This document shows, piece after piece, positions 1-11,720 of a stretch of DNA of 64,000 bases. Position 1 is the stretch's first letter, and every line of letters starts with the position of its first letter. This DNA comes from Heptranchias perlo (Eukaryota): contig NC_090354.1 of assembly GCF_035084215.1 (NCBI RefSeq), positions 25,048,001-25,112,000 of the forward strand, written 5' to 3'. A program made the position numbers and the translations under genes. Under the pieces are notes generated by a model. That model saw only the letters and a program-made list of their open reading frames with translations. It searched no databases and was not told the DNA's origin.

Positions 1-1564
1 CACTGAGTTAGAGTGTTACTATACCTGGTATGAACTCCACATGGTGTAAGACTGTCTACTAGAGGTGGTTTGGCATCTATCGCTCTAACCTCACCCTGAC
101 TCTATTATAGTGCCCCTTCCATCTTCATTCCAATCAAAACCATTTCTGTTCAACTGGAAGTGGTAGTATAACTGAGGCCTTAAACACCATACAGTCTACC
201 TACGGAATATTCTGCTTCTCCCCCTCCACCACAAGATGAACGATTGAGTTTTCAATGAGTGGGGCACAGTTCCCATTGTGAAACAAGACTCTGTGAGCGT
301 ATAGCCTGGAGAGTCCCTCACACACAGGGCAGCGAACAATCCACTGAGCATCTCTTAGGATGTGAGGAAGCTAAGAGATTGAAGACTCACAAAACAGAGA
401 ATTTACTTTAAAAAAAATTAATTATATATTTTTTAATAAAATTGGCAATCTAGCTAAGATTATTCCAGTTAAAATGAAAAGGATAATGCCGGTGTGAAAT
501 AAAACCCATCAGAAAACCTAGGCTTCTATTATTTTTAAAGGGGAGCTGTCTTAGTTCTCCACCCACAGATTGTAAAGTTATTAAACAGTCATGGAGTTTA
601 ATTTGTTCTGTGCACTAATTTTAGCACACTGGTTAACATGATAATGGTACAGTAACTTTACATAGAATTATATAGGATGTACACCACAGAAACAGGCCAT
701 TCGGCCCAATTAGTCCATGCTGGTGTATATGCTCCATTTGAGCTTCCTCCCACCCCTCTTCAGCTAACCCCTTCAACATAACCTTCTAGTTCTTTCTACC
801 TCATGTGTTTATTTGGCTTCCCCTTAAATGCATCTATTCTATTTGCCTCAACCACTGTCGTGCTTGTTATTTTAACAGACTTGTCAACCATTGTGCTAAA
901 CTCACATGCATCATTTCTGCAATAACCTGTCTGGGTTGAGAAAGAGCCATTTTGAATTTGTTGCTGAGGCAGGTGGGTTGCTAAGCAACAGAGTGCAAAG
1001 CAGGTAGCGTGGAGGCTGCGCATTTTCTTGTAATTAATCGTAAAAGTCGTTTTATACTCACTCCCAAATGCCATAAAATTCAAACGCATGTTTCCATTAA
1101 TCTGCATAACCACTGATTGTTTATTTGATGTGTATCTCGCTGAATTTCTTGAGCATAAAATTCTGAGAAAATGTAAATAGCTTTAGAAAGAGACTCAAAA
1201 GTTATGTATATTATTTAAAATTACTTTAAATGAAACCAAATTAAGGATATTGGTTTGTTATTTTAAGGATAGGGCAGTTCTGTTGCATTAACTCTGATAC
1301 TGACTCCCGCCCTCAAATGCAGTGATTTCTAGCCCTGTTCTTAAAAGGAGTGTTGGTGTTAGACTTTTTAACCTTTAACTATAGTGCTGGACACTTCACA
1401 AAGATTAAAGCTTGAAATCTTGTTATCTTAATGTATTTAATTTAAAGTTCAGCATTAAAATACCTAATGTGATAAATAGCCAGTGTTAGCAAAGGGAAGA
1501 GTCTATTTTGGTGCTTATAAGGCTCTAGCTCGTTGACAGGCCTCTGTGTCGAGCTGACCTGTTA

Positions 1565-1885
1565 CAGGCCAGGAATGCCCCAGGTTCAATCCCTGGTCTG
1601 TGCTGAGTGAGCTGGTCTCAGGCAGAGCAGTGCTACGCGCACAGCAGTCGGACTGAGTGCCTCTGGGCTGAGGAAGGAGGAAAAAAAAAAATCAACCGAG
1701 TTTCCTGTTCCTGATCATTGTCCATTGACCCCTGCTGGGATAGAGCACACGTGGACATCAGGGTGAGGACATCGCTAGGGCTCGGCTGCGGTGCCTCCCA
1801 CAGTTGAATAGTTTTGCCCACACTCGGTGTGATGGTTTACTTGGGTGACGGATCTGTGCCGCAGCAGTTTCAGGAGAAAGGGGAA
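1565..1885 (+). mobile_element. LF-SINE-like element
   Basis: CCCAGGTTCAATCCCTGGTCTGTGCTGAGT..GCTG.TCTCAG and GGGTGAGGAC...GGGCTCGGCTG motifs of the LF-SINE consensus. Confidence 0.72.
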
Positions 1886-3067
1886 GGAAATTGGAATATA
1901 TTTATATAAAATTGTGGTTTCTAGTAGGTTGGGTACTTTAATGCTGTACTTGTAGGGCTGATTTTCTGCATACTTGGCCAGTCGGCAGCGAATATCAGAA
2001 AATGGTGGGCCGCACGGCCTTGATCTCCCTATATACGCTGCCGTTGGATGAGGCTCCATGTACTCTGATATCTACCCCCATACTGTGCAACCTCAGGATC
2101 CTCCGACCCTTAGCTGAGCTTCTACTCCACCTCTGGTCAGTTGCTAAGACCATCTTCTTCCACCTCAGTGACATTGTCCGCTTACACCCCTACCTCAGCC
2201 CTCCGTTTCCGCAGCCCTCATCCACTCCTTGCTAGCCTCCGCCCTTCAAAATAAACCTCAGAGCCCTGTGCGCTCGAGTTTTCTTCTGCACAAAGTCCCA
2301 CTCCCCCACCCATCTTTGCTCAGCTCCACTGGCTCCCCAGAAAATTGCACTCAAGATCCTTACTCGTGTTTTCAAATCAGAACGCACCATTTCTTTGACT
2401 TGGGATTATTATCCCCATCCTCTATTCTCCACTAACAAAGCATGATTCCTCAGTCACTACACCTCTGCCCTCAGGAACACTCTTTCTAAATCACTTTGCC
2501 TTTCTACCTCCCTCTCAGCTTACCAAAGCCTCCTAAAAGCCTATCTTTTGATTGTGCCTTCAGTCCCTCCCTTAACAAACTCCTTTGCTTCCTACTTCGT
2601 GTTCCCCCGACCTCCTGGTAAAGCTCATGGTCAATTCTTTCCCTCACTAAGCTTGGCGTCCGCCTCTTCTGCTTGTAAAGTTAGATGTCCCCCTTGTAAA
2701 GCTTCGTGTCTACAACCTCCGCATCCTTGGTAAAACGCACTGAGACTTTTCTCTATATAAATACAAGTTCTTGTATATATTTATATATAAGTAAGATTTT
2801 GTTCAGGAATTGTAGCTTCATCCTCCTTTTTCTATCCTGGCGGTTGCCTCTCTGGTACCTCACTCTTGTTACGTGAATGTATATTAAATGAACGATGGAA
2901 GTATTGAAGCTTTATTGTGCAGTTGAACAAAATGTGTACATTAGCATTTTTCTGTAATAAAGAAATTAAAATGATGACATGCCATTTTTAATGTTTTAGA
3001 ATTTGTTTTAAAACATAAACTGTTTACTACAGTTAATTAATTGCTTTCGTCCTGCCAACCTAATTGA

Positions 3068-4262
3068 AAAAAAAGAAAGACTTGCATTTATATAGCGCCT
3101 TTCACGACCTCAGACTGTCCCAAAGTGCTTTACAGCCAGTGAGGTACTTTTGAAGTGTAGTCACTGTTGTAATGGAGGAAACGCAGCAGCCAATTTGTGC
3201 AGGGCAAGGCCCCAAAACAGCAATGAGGTAATGGTATTTAAAGTGATGTTGGATGAGGGATAAATATTGGCCAGGACACTGGGGAAAACACCCCTGCTTT
3301 TCTTCGAATTGATCTTTTATGTCCACCTGAGACGGCAGATGGGGTTTGGTTTAGGAGGAATAGAAAAGCAGTATATTATTTAAATGGAGAGAGATTGCAG
3401 AACTCTGAGGTACAGAGGGATCTGGGTGTTCTTGTACATGAATCACAAAAAGTTAGTATGCAGGTTTAGCAAGTGATTAGGAAGGCAAATGGAATGTTGT
3501 CATTTATTGCAAGGGGAATGGAATATAAAAGTAGAGATTACAGGGCATCGGTGAGACCTCATCTAGAATACTGTGTGCAGTTTTGGTCTCCTTATTTAAG
3601 AAAGGACATAATTGCTTTGGAGGCGGTTCAGAGAAGGACTGATTCCTGGGACGAGGGGGTTATCTTATGAGGAAAGGTTGGACAAGTTGGGCCTGTATAC
3701 ACTGGAGTTTAGAAGAATGAGAGGTGATCTTATTGAGGGGACTTGAAGGGGTAGATGCTGAGGGGATGTTTCCCCTTGTGGGAGAGACTAGAACTAGGAG
3801 CCACAGTTTAAAAGTAAGGTGTCTCCCATTTAAGACGGAGATGAGGAGAAATTTTTTCTCTCAAAAGGTCATGAGTCTGTGGAACTCTCCCAGAGAGCAT
3901 GGAGGCAGGGTCATTGAATATTTTTAAGGCTGGGTTAGACAAATTCCTGATTAACAAGGGAATCAAATGTTATAGTAGGTAGACAGGAAAGTAGGATTGA
4001 GGTCACAATCAGATCAGCCATGATCTTATCAAATGGCAGAGCAGGCTCGAGGGGCCGAATGGCCTACTCCTGCTCTTAATTCATATGTTCATATGTTTAA
4101 TATCTCATCTGAAAGATGGCACCTCTGACAGTGCAGTGCTCCATTAGTACTGCACTGAAGTATCAGTCTGGATTATGTGCTCAAGTCTCTGGAGTGGGAC
4201 TTGAACCTATGACTTTCTGACTCAGAGGTGAGAGTGCTACTAACGGAGCCATGGCTGACACC
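3068..4262 (-). mobile_element. SacSINE1-like DeuSINE split by the CR1 insertion (3068-3351 and 4097-4262)
   Basis: The two halves join into the same consensus as the intact copy at 10025-10485; tRNA-like head at 4190-4260. Confidence 0.8.
3352..4096 (+). mobile_element. CR1 (HER1-like) LINE 3' fragment inserted into a DeuSINE
   Basis: Decayed ORF2 tail (VRPHLEYCVQFWSPYLRKDI; RRNFFSQKV..WNS) and 3' tail GGCCTACTCCTGCTCTTAATTCATATGTTCATATG. Confidence 0.9.
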
Positions 4263-4319
4263 TGATAATAAGAAATTTCTAAATAATTTCTTCCAGTTTT
4301 TTCCACCAATTTTTAATGC

Positions 4320-4710
4320 TCCTCCTCTCTTTAAGACATTGAATCCTGCCCGGGTACAGTTGCTTGGATATTGGGCACCCTTCGCTATCTCGTCCAGGTG
4401 TGAGCTCTGTCACATATGAGCTTAAACACCACTGAGTGTTGGCATGCTATTCAACCATGGGGGGGGGGGGGGGGGATCACATGAGCCTGAACCTACCTTT
4501 GCCCAATACCCACAAGAACAAGTGCCTCAGGGGTGACAGTGATGAGGAACAGAAGCCATGGCCAACTTTTTACTCCCTAACTCAGGGGCACTGAGGCCAA
4601 TCCCAAAGTGCCCAACCACTAACCCGGCTCAGTTCAGCTAACTCGGCACACACCGGGGATCAAACGGGAACTTCTGCATCTCTATGTCTCAGCAATCCAC
4701 TGTCTTAACC
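4320..4710 (-). mobile_element. LF-SINE-like element
   Basis: Reverse complement of the same motifs. Confidence 0.65.
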
Positions 4711-5034
4711 AGAGGAAGTTTGGTGAAATAACATTAGCAGATGGAAAATACACAAGAGTCCAGGTGAGATTTGTGCTGGAAGTTCAGGCCTCTGATTCAT
4801 TCATTCATAGCTTGTCACTGCAAAACCGCAGCCAGGATCTGGTGTTGTAGCCTGATGGGAAATGACAAAGATCTTGGAGAACTTGATTCCTTTCGAACAA
4901 CAGCCTCCAAGCACTGACCTCGAACGAATACACCGGTGTACTCTGATATGACTGATGTCACACATTGCGGAGCTAGAGCTGGGGTGAAAAAGTTGACAAT
5001 ATGACTAAGGTCTCTGATTTACAAAACCTACGAA

Positions 5035-6000
5035 AAAGACAGATAGAAAAAGACTAGCGGGTCCATCGAACCTGTCCCATTCGGTTGTGTTATAACATGT
5101 CCCCCAGTACTCCCACCAACAGCCATGTAATGTCCTGGGAGAGGCAAAAACACAGATTTAATTTTTTTAAAACACTGCGCCAATTCGAGGAAAAAAGAAT
5201 TCTGGGACCCCTGAAGGTGATTTCTTTTTAATTTGTTCTTGGGATATGGGAGACAACTGGCAAGGCCAGCATTTATTGCCCATCCCTAATTGCCCTTGAG
5301 AAGGTGGTGGTGAGCCGCCTTCTTGAACCGCTGCAGTCCGTGTGGTGAAGGTTCTCCCGCAGTGCTGTTAGGGAGGGAGTTCCAGGATTTTGACCCAGTG
5401 ACCATGAAGGAATGGCGATATATGTCCAAGTCAGGACGGTGTGTGACTTGGGGGGTATTTGGAGGTGGTGATGTTCCCATGCACCTGCTGCTCTTGTCCT
5501 TCTAGGTGGTGGAGGTTGCAGGTTTGGGAAGTGCTGTCGAAAGTGGGTTCCTGGAGATAACAATAACTACGAGGTACATTACCCAGCGTCTCACTAACCC
5601 TTTCTCAGCAGCGATATCAGGGACTATCCAGCCCCCTTTTGTACATTTGCAGTGAAGTGGCACTCACTGCACGAGCCAGCGACTTATTGCAAAGGTCGGT
5701 GACTCTCTGTGAAAAGGAAAACCTCCTGACATCCAAACTAATATTGTGCTGACGTAACTTATACACATGTCCCCTCATTCTCCCTAACTTACCGAATTCA
5801 AATAATCTGTCCACATGTACACAGTCCAGTCCCTTCATTTAAAATACTTCAATCAAATCAAAAGACCCAACTCCCATAGCCAGTTGTGGTATCTGAGAGT
5901 TTTAAAACTAGATATTAATCTAGTGGCCCTCCTCTGAACCTTTTCTAGGGAATCTGTATCTCCCAGCATGTGAAGGGACCAAATATACAAAAATCTGCAC
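5035..6000 (-). mobile_element. Old CR1 LINE 3' fragment interrupted by a different LINE 3' end (about 5222-5545)
   Basis: MKGLD..VDRLF..RGHVYKL..DVRRFSFSQRV motif; inner element encodes SKSWNSLPNS and recurs at 31300, 46850 and 50690. Confidence 0.75.
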
Positions 6001-6096
6001 CTCTAAACATATGGAGTGTCAAGAGCTCAGCTCTATTACAAATACACTTTGGCCCAATAATAGTATGTTTCCAGTACTTTGGGATGTTTGTTTCTT

Positions 6097-8206
6097 AGTG
6101 TGTGAGCCCAGTCACACTGCCCAGTATTTCACAGTGTGTGACACCAGTCATATTACCCAGTGTTTCACAGTGTGTGACACCAGTCATATTACCCAGTGTT
6201 TCACAGTGTGTGACATCGGTCACACTACCCAGTGTTTCACAGTGTGTGACACCAGTCATATTACCCAGTGTTTCACAATGTGTGACACCAGTCATATTAC
6301 CCAGTGTTCCACAGTGTGTGACACCAGTCATATTACCCAGTGTTCCACAGTGTGTGACACCAGTCATATTACCCAGTGTTTCACAATGTGTGACACCAGT
6401 CATATTACCCAGTGTTTCACAGTGTGTGACACCAGTCATATTACCCAGTGTTCCACAGTGTGTGACACCAGTCATATTACCCAGTGTTTCACAGTGTGTG
6501 ACACCAGTCATATTACCCAGTGTTTCACAGTGTGTGACACCAGTCATATTACCCAGTGTTTCACAGTGTGTGACACCAGTCATATTACCCAGTGTTTCAC
6601 AGTGTGTGACACCAGTCATATTACCCAGTGTTCCACAGTGTGTGACACCAGTCATATTACCCAGTGTTTCACAATGTGTGACACCAGTCATATTACCCAG
6701 TGTTTCACAGTGTGTGACACCAGTCATATTACCCAGTGTTTCACAGTGTGTGACACCAGTCATATTACCCAGTGTTTCACAATGTGTGACACCAGTCATA
6801 TTACCCAGTGTTCCACAGTGTGTGACACCAGTCATATTACCCAGTGTTTCACGGTGTGTGACACCAGTCATATTACCCAGTGTTTCACAGTGTGTGACAC
6901 CAGTCATATTACCCAGTGTTTCACAGTGTGTGACACCAGTCATATTACCCAGTGTTTCACAGTGTGTGACACCAGTCATATTACCCAGTGTTCCACGGTG
7001 TGTGACACCAGTCATATTACCCAGTGTTCCACAGTGTGTGACACCAGTCATATTACCCAGTATTTCACAGTGTGTGACACCATTTACACTAACCGGTGTT
7101 TCACAATGTGTGACATCAGTCATATTACCCAGTGTTTCACAGTGTGTGACACCAGTCATATTACCCAGTGTTCCACAGTGTGTGACACCAGTCATATTAC
7201 CCAGTGTTTCACAGTGTGTGACACCAGTCATATTACCCAGTGTTTCACAGTGTGTGACACCAGTCATATTACCCAGTGTTTCACAGTGTGTGACACCAGT
7301 CATATTACCCAGTGTTTCACAGTGTGTGACACCAGTCATATTACCCAGTGTTCCACAGTGTGTGACACCAGTCATATTACCCAGTGTTTCACAATGTGTG
7401 ACACCAGTCATATTACCCAGTGTTTCACAGTGTGTGACACCAGTCATATTACCCAGTGTTTCACAGTGTGTGACACCAGTCATATTACCCAGTGTTCCAC
7501 AGTGTGTGACACCAGTCATATTACCCAGTGTTTCACGGTGTGTGACACCAGTCATATTACCCAGTGTTTCACAGTGTGTGACACCAGTCATATTACCCAG
7601 TGTTTCACAGTGTGTGACACCAGTCATATTACCCAGTGTTTCACAGTGTGTGACACCAGTCATATTACCCAGTGTTCCACGGGTGTGTGACACCAGTCAT
7701 ATTACCCAGTGTTCCACAGTGTGTGACACCAGTCATATTACCCAGTGTTCCACAGTGTGTGACACCAGTCATATTACCCAGTATTTCACAGTGTGTGACA
7801 CCATTTACACTAACCGGTGTTTCACAATGTGTGACATCAGTCATATTACCCAGTGTTTCACAGTGTGTGACATCAGTCATATTACCCAGTGTTTCACTGT
7901 GTGTGACATCGGTCACACTACCCAGTGTTTCACAGTGTGTGACACCAGTCATAATACCCAGTGTTTTATAGTGTGTGACACCAGTCATATTACCCAGTGT
8001 TTTACAGTGTGTGACACCAGTCATATTACCCAGTGTTTTACAATGTGCGAAAGCAGTCACACTGCCCAGTGTTTCACAATGTGTGACACTCGTCACGCTG
8101 CCCAGTGTTTCACAATGTGTGACACTGGTCACACTGCCCAGTGTTTCACAATTTGTGACACTGGTCACACTGCCCAGTGTTTCACAACGTGTGACACCAG
8201 TCACTC
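6097..8206. repeat. Minisatellite, 36-bp unit ACAGTGTGTGACACCAGTCATATTACCCAGTGTTTC, about 58 copies
   Basis: Directly visible tandem array; homogeneous centre, diverged edges. Confidence 0.97.
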
Positions 8207-10024
8207 ATGTTTGTTGTGGGTAGGGTGGCCATATTTGTCTCAGTAAATGTTTGATCCTGGCTACAGCCCTTACTTTTAGTTAACTGCTCACCCTCCCAAT
8301 GACACTTTATTCAGTCTGTTATTTGCCTGGCATATCCAGCAGATGTCGCTGTGCAACACCACAAATTCCTGTTCCTATCCAGTTTACAAGCCAACATGGG
8401 GATTAATTCTGATGTGAAATAAATTTCCTCTGAGAAATTCTCCTGGCAAACTATTTTTCAGTGCAATTATTCTAAAATAACTCACCTATCTATGGTACTG
8501 TAGTTTGGTGGCGTTTTTAATTACACTGGCTGTTTAGAGGGAGAAATATAACATTTGCATGTGACGTGTATACACATTAAAGATGGTAAATTGAAAAAAA
8601 ATGGCAGATCTGATAGTATATAATGTTTTTTTTTCTGTGAAGAATGGGACTTCAGAGCAAAAGTGGCAACCATGGAGCTGAATGGAAGAGCAAGGAATGA
8701 GGGAAAATAATAAACATACTTGTTTGGCTCAATAATTACTAAAGATGTTAAACAGGATATTGCTACTGAGCTGTGTTCCTGCCTCAAGGCAGCAAATCAA
8801 GGCCCAGGCCGAACTGGATAGGAAGTGGAGCTTGGGTAAAGAGGTGGGGCTTAAGATGATTGACAATGCTAAGGCCTGACTTGCCTCAAGGCGCAGGCTC
8901 TTCCTGAGCAGAAGCCTTCAGGCTGAGGGGTGTGGGCTACATGCATGTGGGTGCTGGACAGCAGCATCAAGAAGAAGGCCCACCACCACCTTCTCAGGGC
9001 AACTAGGGATGGGCAATAAATGCCCGTCTTGCCAGCGACCCTCACATCTTGGGAATGAATGAAAAAAATGTTTAAGGGTAAAAGATCTGTTTTCAGGATT
9101 CCTGGAAATACCTATCGTAGAATTGGGGCTCCCGCCGTTTGTTTTGGAATTTTTTTTATCCCTTGTAGCCTTTCCTGTCAGAGTCGCCTCTTGATTTCCC
9201 GATATGCTCTCCCAGAGGGCCAGGCTCTTTGCCAGTCGCATGAACTCAGAAAACTAGCCCCTTTATATCTACTTAATGTGAGTCTCTCATGAGAGAATAT
9301 CAGCTGAGCTGGAGAGAAAAGAACTAAAATGTAGATTGTCGCAATGTATTATTGACAAAATAATAAATTATTTCTTAACTCTTGTTTTTTGCTGTACTAT
9401 TTACTTTATTGAGCCTAAAAATCTGTTATTAATATTAGTGGATAAATGCTTATCCTATTTATAAGACGATGTTTTGTCTGCTGTACTAATGCAGGCGTAA
9501 ACACCTCTGTTAAAGTAGCGGACAAAGGAATGTTGTACAAATGCATAAATTGTATGTCCACTAATACCGCAAAACACTAACTCCTAGGCTTTGCTCTCAC
9601 TGACAATGATATTGTACAAAAATAGCTCTTCATTATTGTAGCTCCTTCAGAGCTTGCAGATTCATCAGATGATGGCTACCTGCATCATCCTGAGCTCATA
9701 CCATTTTCCATCGTGTTCTCTTGGATTCAGGATTTGCCGTATTTCTTTGGATCCCTTCAAGGGAAGAACTTGAGGCCCGTTTGTTTGAGAATGAGGTGTG
9801 AAAGTTCTATCATCATTTCTCTTTAACCTTCATTGTCTCCTTGTTACTATGTCATGCTTCAAAATTGAGGTAAATGAATGAGCTTGCTTAGCAATGCTTT
9901 CCAAGTTCATCTGAAAAAACCTGAAGAGAAAGCACAGCAGCAGCACGTATGGGAATAATGGAGACTGTTTTGTTGTTTTTGGGATCTTGCTGTGTGCGAA
10001 TTGGTTGGTGCGTTTGCCTGGATA

Positions 10025-10485
10025 ACAAGAAAGAACTTGTATTTTTATAGCACATTTCACAACTTTAGGACGGCCCGTATGCTTTACAGCCGATCAAGTA
10101 TTTTTGAAGTGTAGCCACTATTGTAATGTAGAAAACACAGCAGCCAATTTGCGCACAGCAAGCTCCCACAAACAGCAATGTGATAATGACCAGATAATCT
10201 GTGATTTTTTAATGATGTTGATTGAGTGATAAATAATGGCCAGGACTCCCCTGCGAGTAGTTCTTTGAATAGCTCCATGGGATCTTTTATGTCCACCTGA
10301 AAGGGTAGACGGGGCCTTTGTTTAACGTCTCAACCGAATGACTGCACCTCAGACAGTGCAGCACTCCCTCAGTATTGCACTGGAAGTGTCAGCCTGGAGT
10401 TTGTGCTCAAGTCTCCGGAGTGGGCCTTGAACCTACAACCTGCTCAGAGGCAAGGGTGTCACCAACTGAGTCAAGCCTGACACCT
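10025..10485 (-). mobile_element. Full-length SacSINE1-like DeuSINE
   Basis: tRNA-derived head at about 10410-10480, Deu-like body, TATAAAAATACAAGTTCTTTC tail; many paralogs in the window. Confidence 0.82.
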
Positions 10486-11462
10486 GTAACTGAACTTCAA
10501 AGGTAATTCATTGGCTGCGAAGCTGTTTGGAATATCCTGAGGCCAGGATAAGGTGCTATATAAATGCAAGTTATTTCTTTGTTACTCTGCACCTGAAAGA
10601 TGGCTCTGTCACAGTTTAATATCAAGGGCCCACATTTATCTGGGTTGTGCAAGCATTATATTTGTAATGTGTCGTTAGATACGACCGGAGTGTTTAGAGA
10701 CCAGTAACATTTTGTTCTGTTATGGTACACAGATTAATGAATGATTGTTACTCCCATCACAGAGGTTTTGACTGCCTACTGGAGGCCTACGCACACTGCA
10801 CAGGGAGCAATGTTTAATACACAGGAAATGCAAGCGGCTGGGGCAAGAGGTGAGGCCCAGAACGATGCAGCTGGGGTGAAGACAGATCGTGGTTGTGTGC
10901 GGGGGAGGGGGGGAAGGAAGAAGGCTCTGGGAGGGGAGTCAGCTTGGGGATGAAGCAAAGCTCACAGTTTCTTTACATGTTTCCCTGCTTGAGGTATTAT
11001 GTGAGGATGTACACACAATCTGAGTGTAATTATGATACAGCGAATATTCTACGACCCGTTTAGCAGCAAAAAGTTATTAATTTAAAGCCCGAAGCATGCT
11101 GTAGAAAATGTCTTGCATCAAAAATGTTTCTTCTATTAATGAAACAGGTATTTAACGTTGGGCTGGCTCGTACAGGATGTGCTAATTCATTGTCTCACTG
11201 TAGTTAAACTAGATTCAAGAGTTTGTTTGTGGGGAACCTTTAGAGCAGAACAACTTCAACAACTTGCAATTATATAGCGTCTTCAACGTGGCAAAATGTC
11301 CCAAGGCACTTCAGACAAAAATTGGCAGTGAGCTAAAGAAGGAGACATTACGACAGGTGAGCAAAAGCTTGGTCAAAGAGGTAGGTTGTAAGGGGCATTT
11401 CAAAAGAGAAGAGGGAGGTGGTGAGGCGAAGGACATGGAATCCCAACAATGACTTGGCTACT

Positions 11463-11720
11463 TGGGTGGCTCAGTAGGTGACGGCAAGGCCCTCTGTGGA
11501 AAACGAGTCAGGGAGACCAGAAATGCACCAGGTTTGATCCTGGTCCATGCTGAGTTACCCGATTCCAGCCCGGGTGGCAGTAAGGTGCTATAATCTGCCT
11601 CAGTGATTCGCGGACTTTGGGTGAGAACAGGATCAGGCTCAGCTTCAGCGTCAGCCGTGGTCAAATAGCCTGCTAACCCTCCCTGTTTAGGCTCAACGTT
11701 CGAGAATGGTGACGTTTACA
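11463..11720 (+). mobile_element. LF-SINE-like element
   Basis: tRNA-like head GGTGGCTCAGT...CCAGGTTTGATCC; GGGTGAGAACAGGATCAGGCTCAGCT...GGTCAAATAGCCTGC. Confidence 0.7.

Noticed and set aside
6011-8246. Long ORFs of 532-714 aa with Cys/His repeats (TVCDTSHITQCF)
   Set aside because: Translation of a 36-bp minisatellite, open on both strands and in several frames; C/H spacing does not fit a zinc finger
8336-8351. CTCF-like motif CCAGCAGATGTCGCTG
   Set aside because: Mismatch in the core; a single motif hit cannot be supported without ChIP or conservation data
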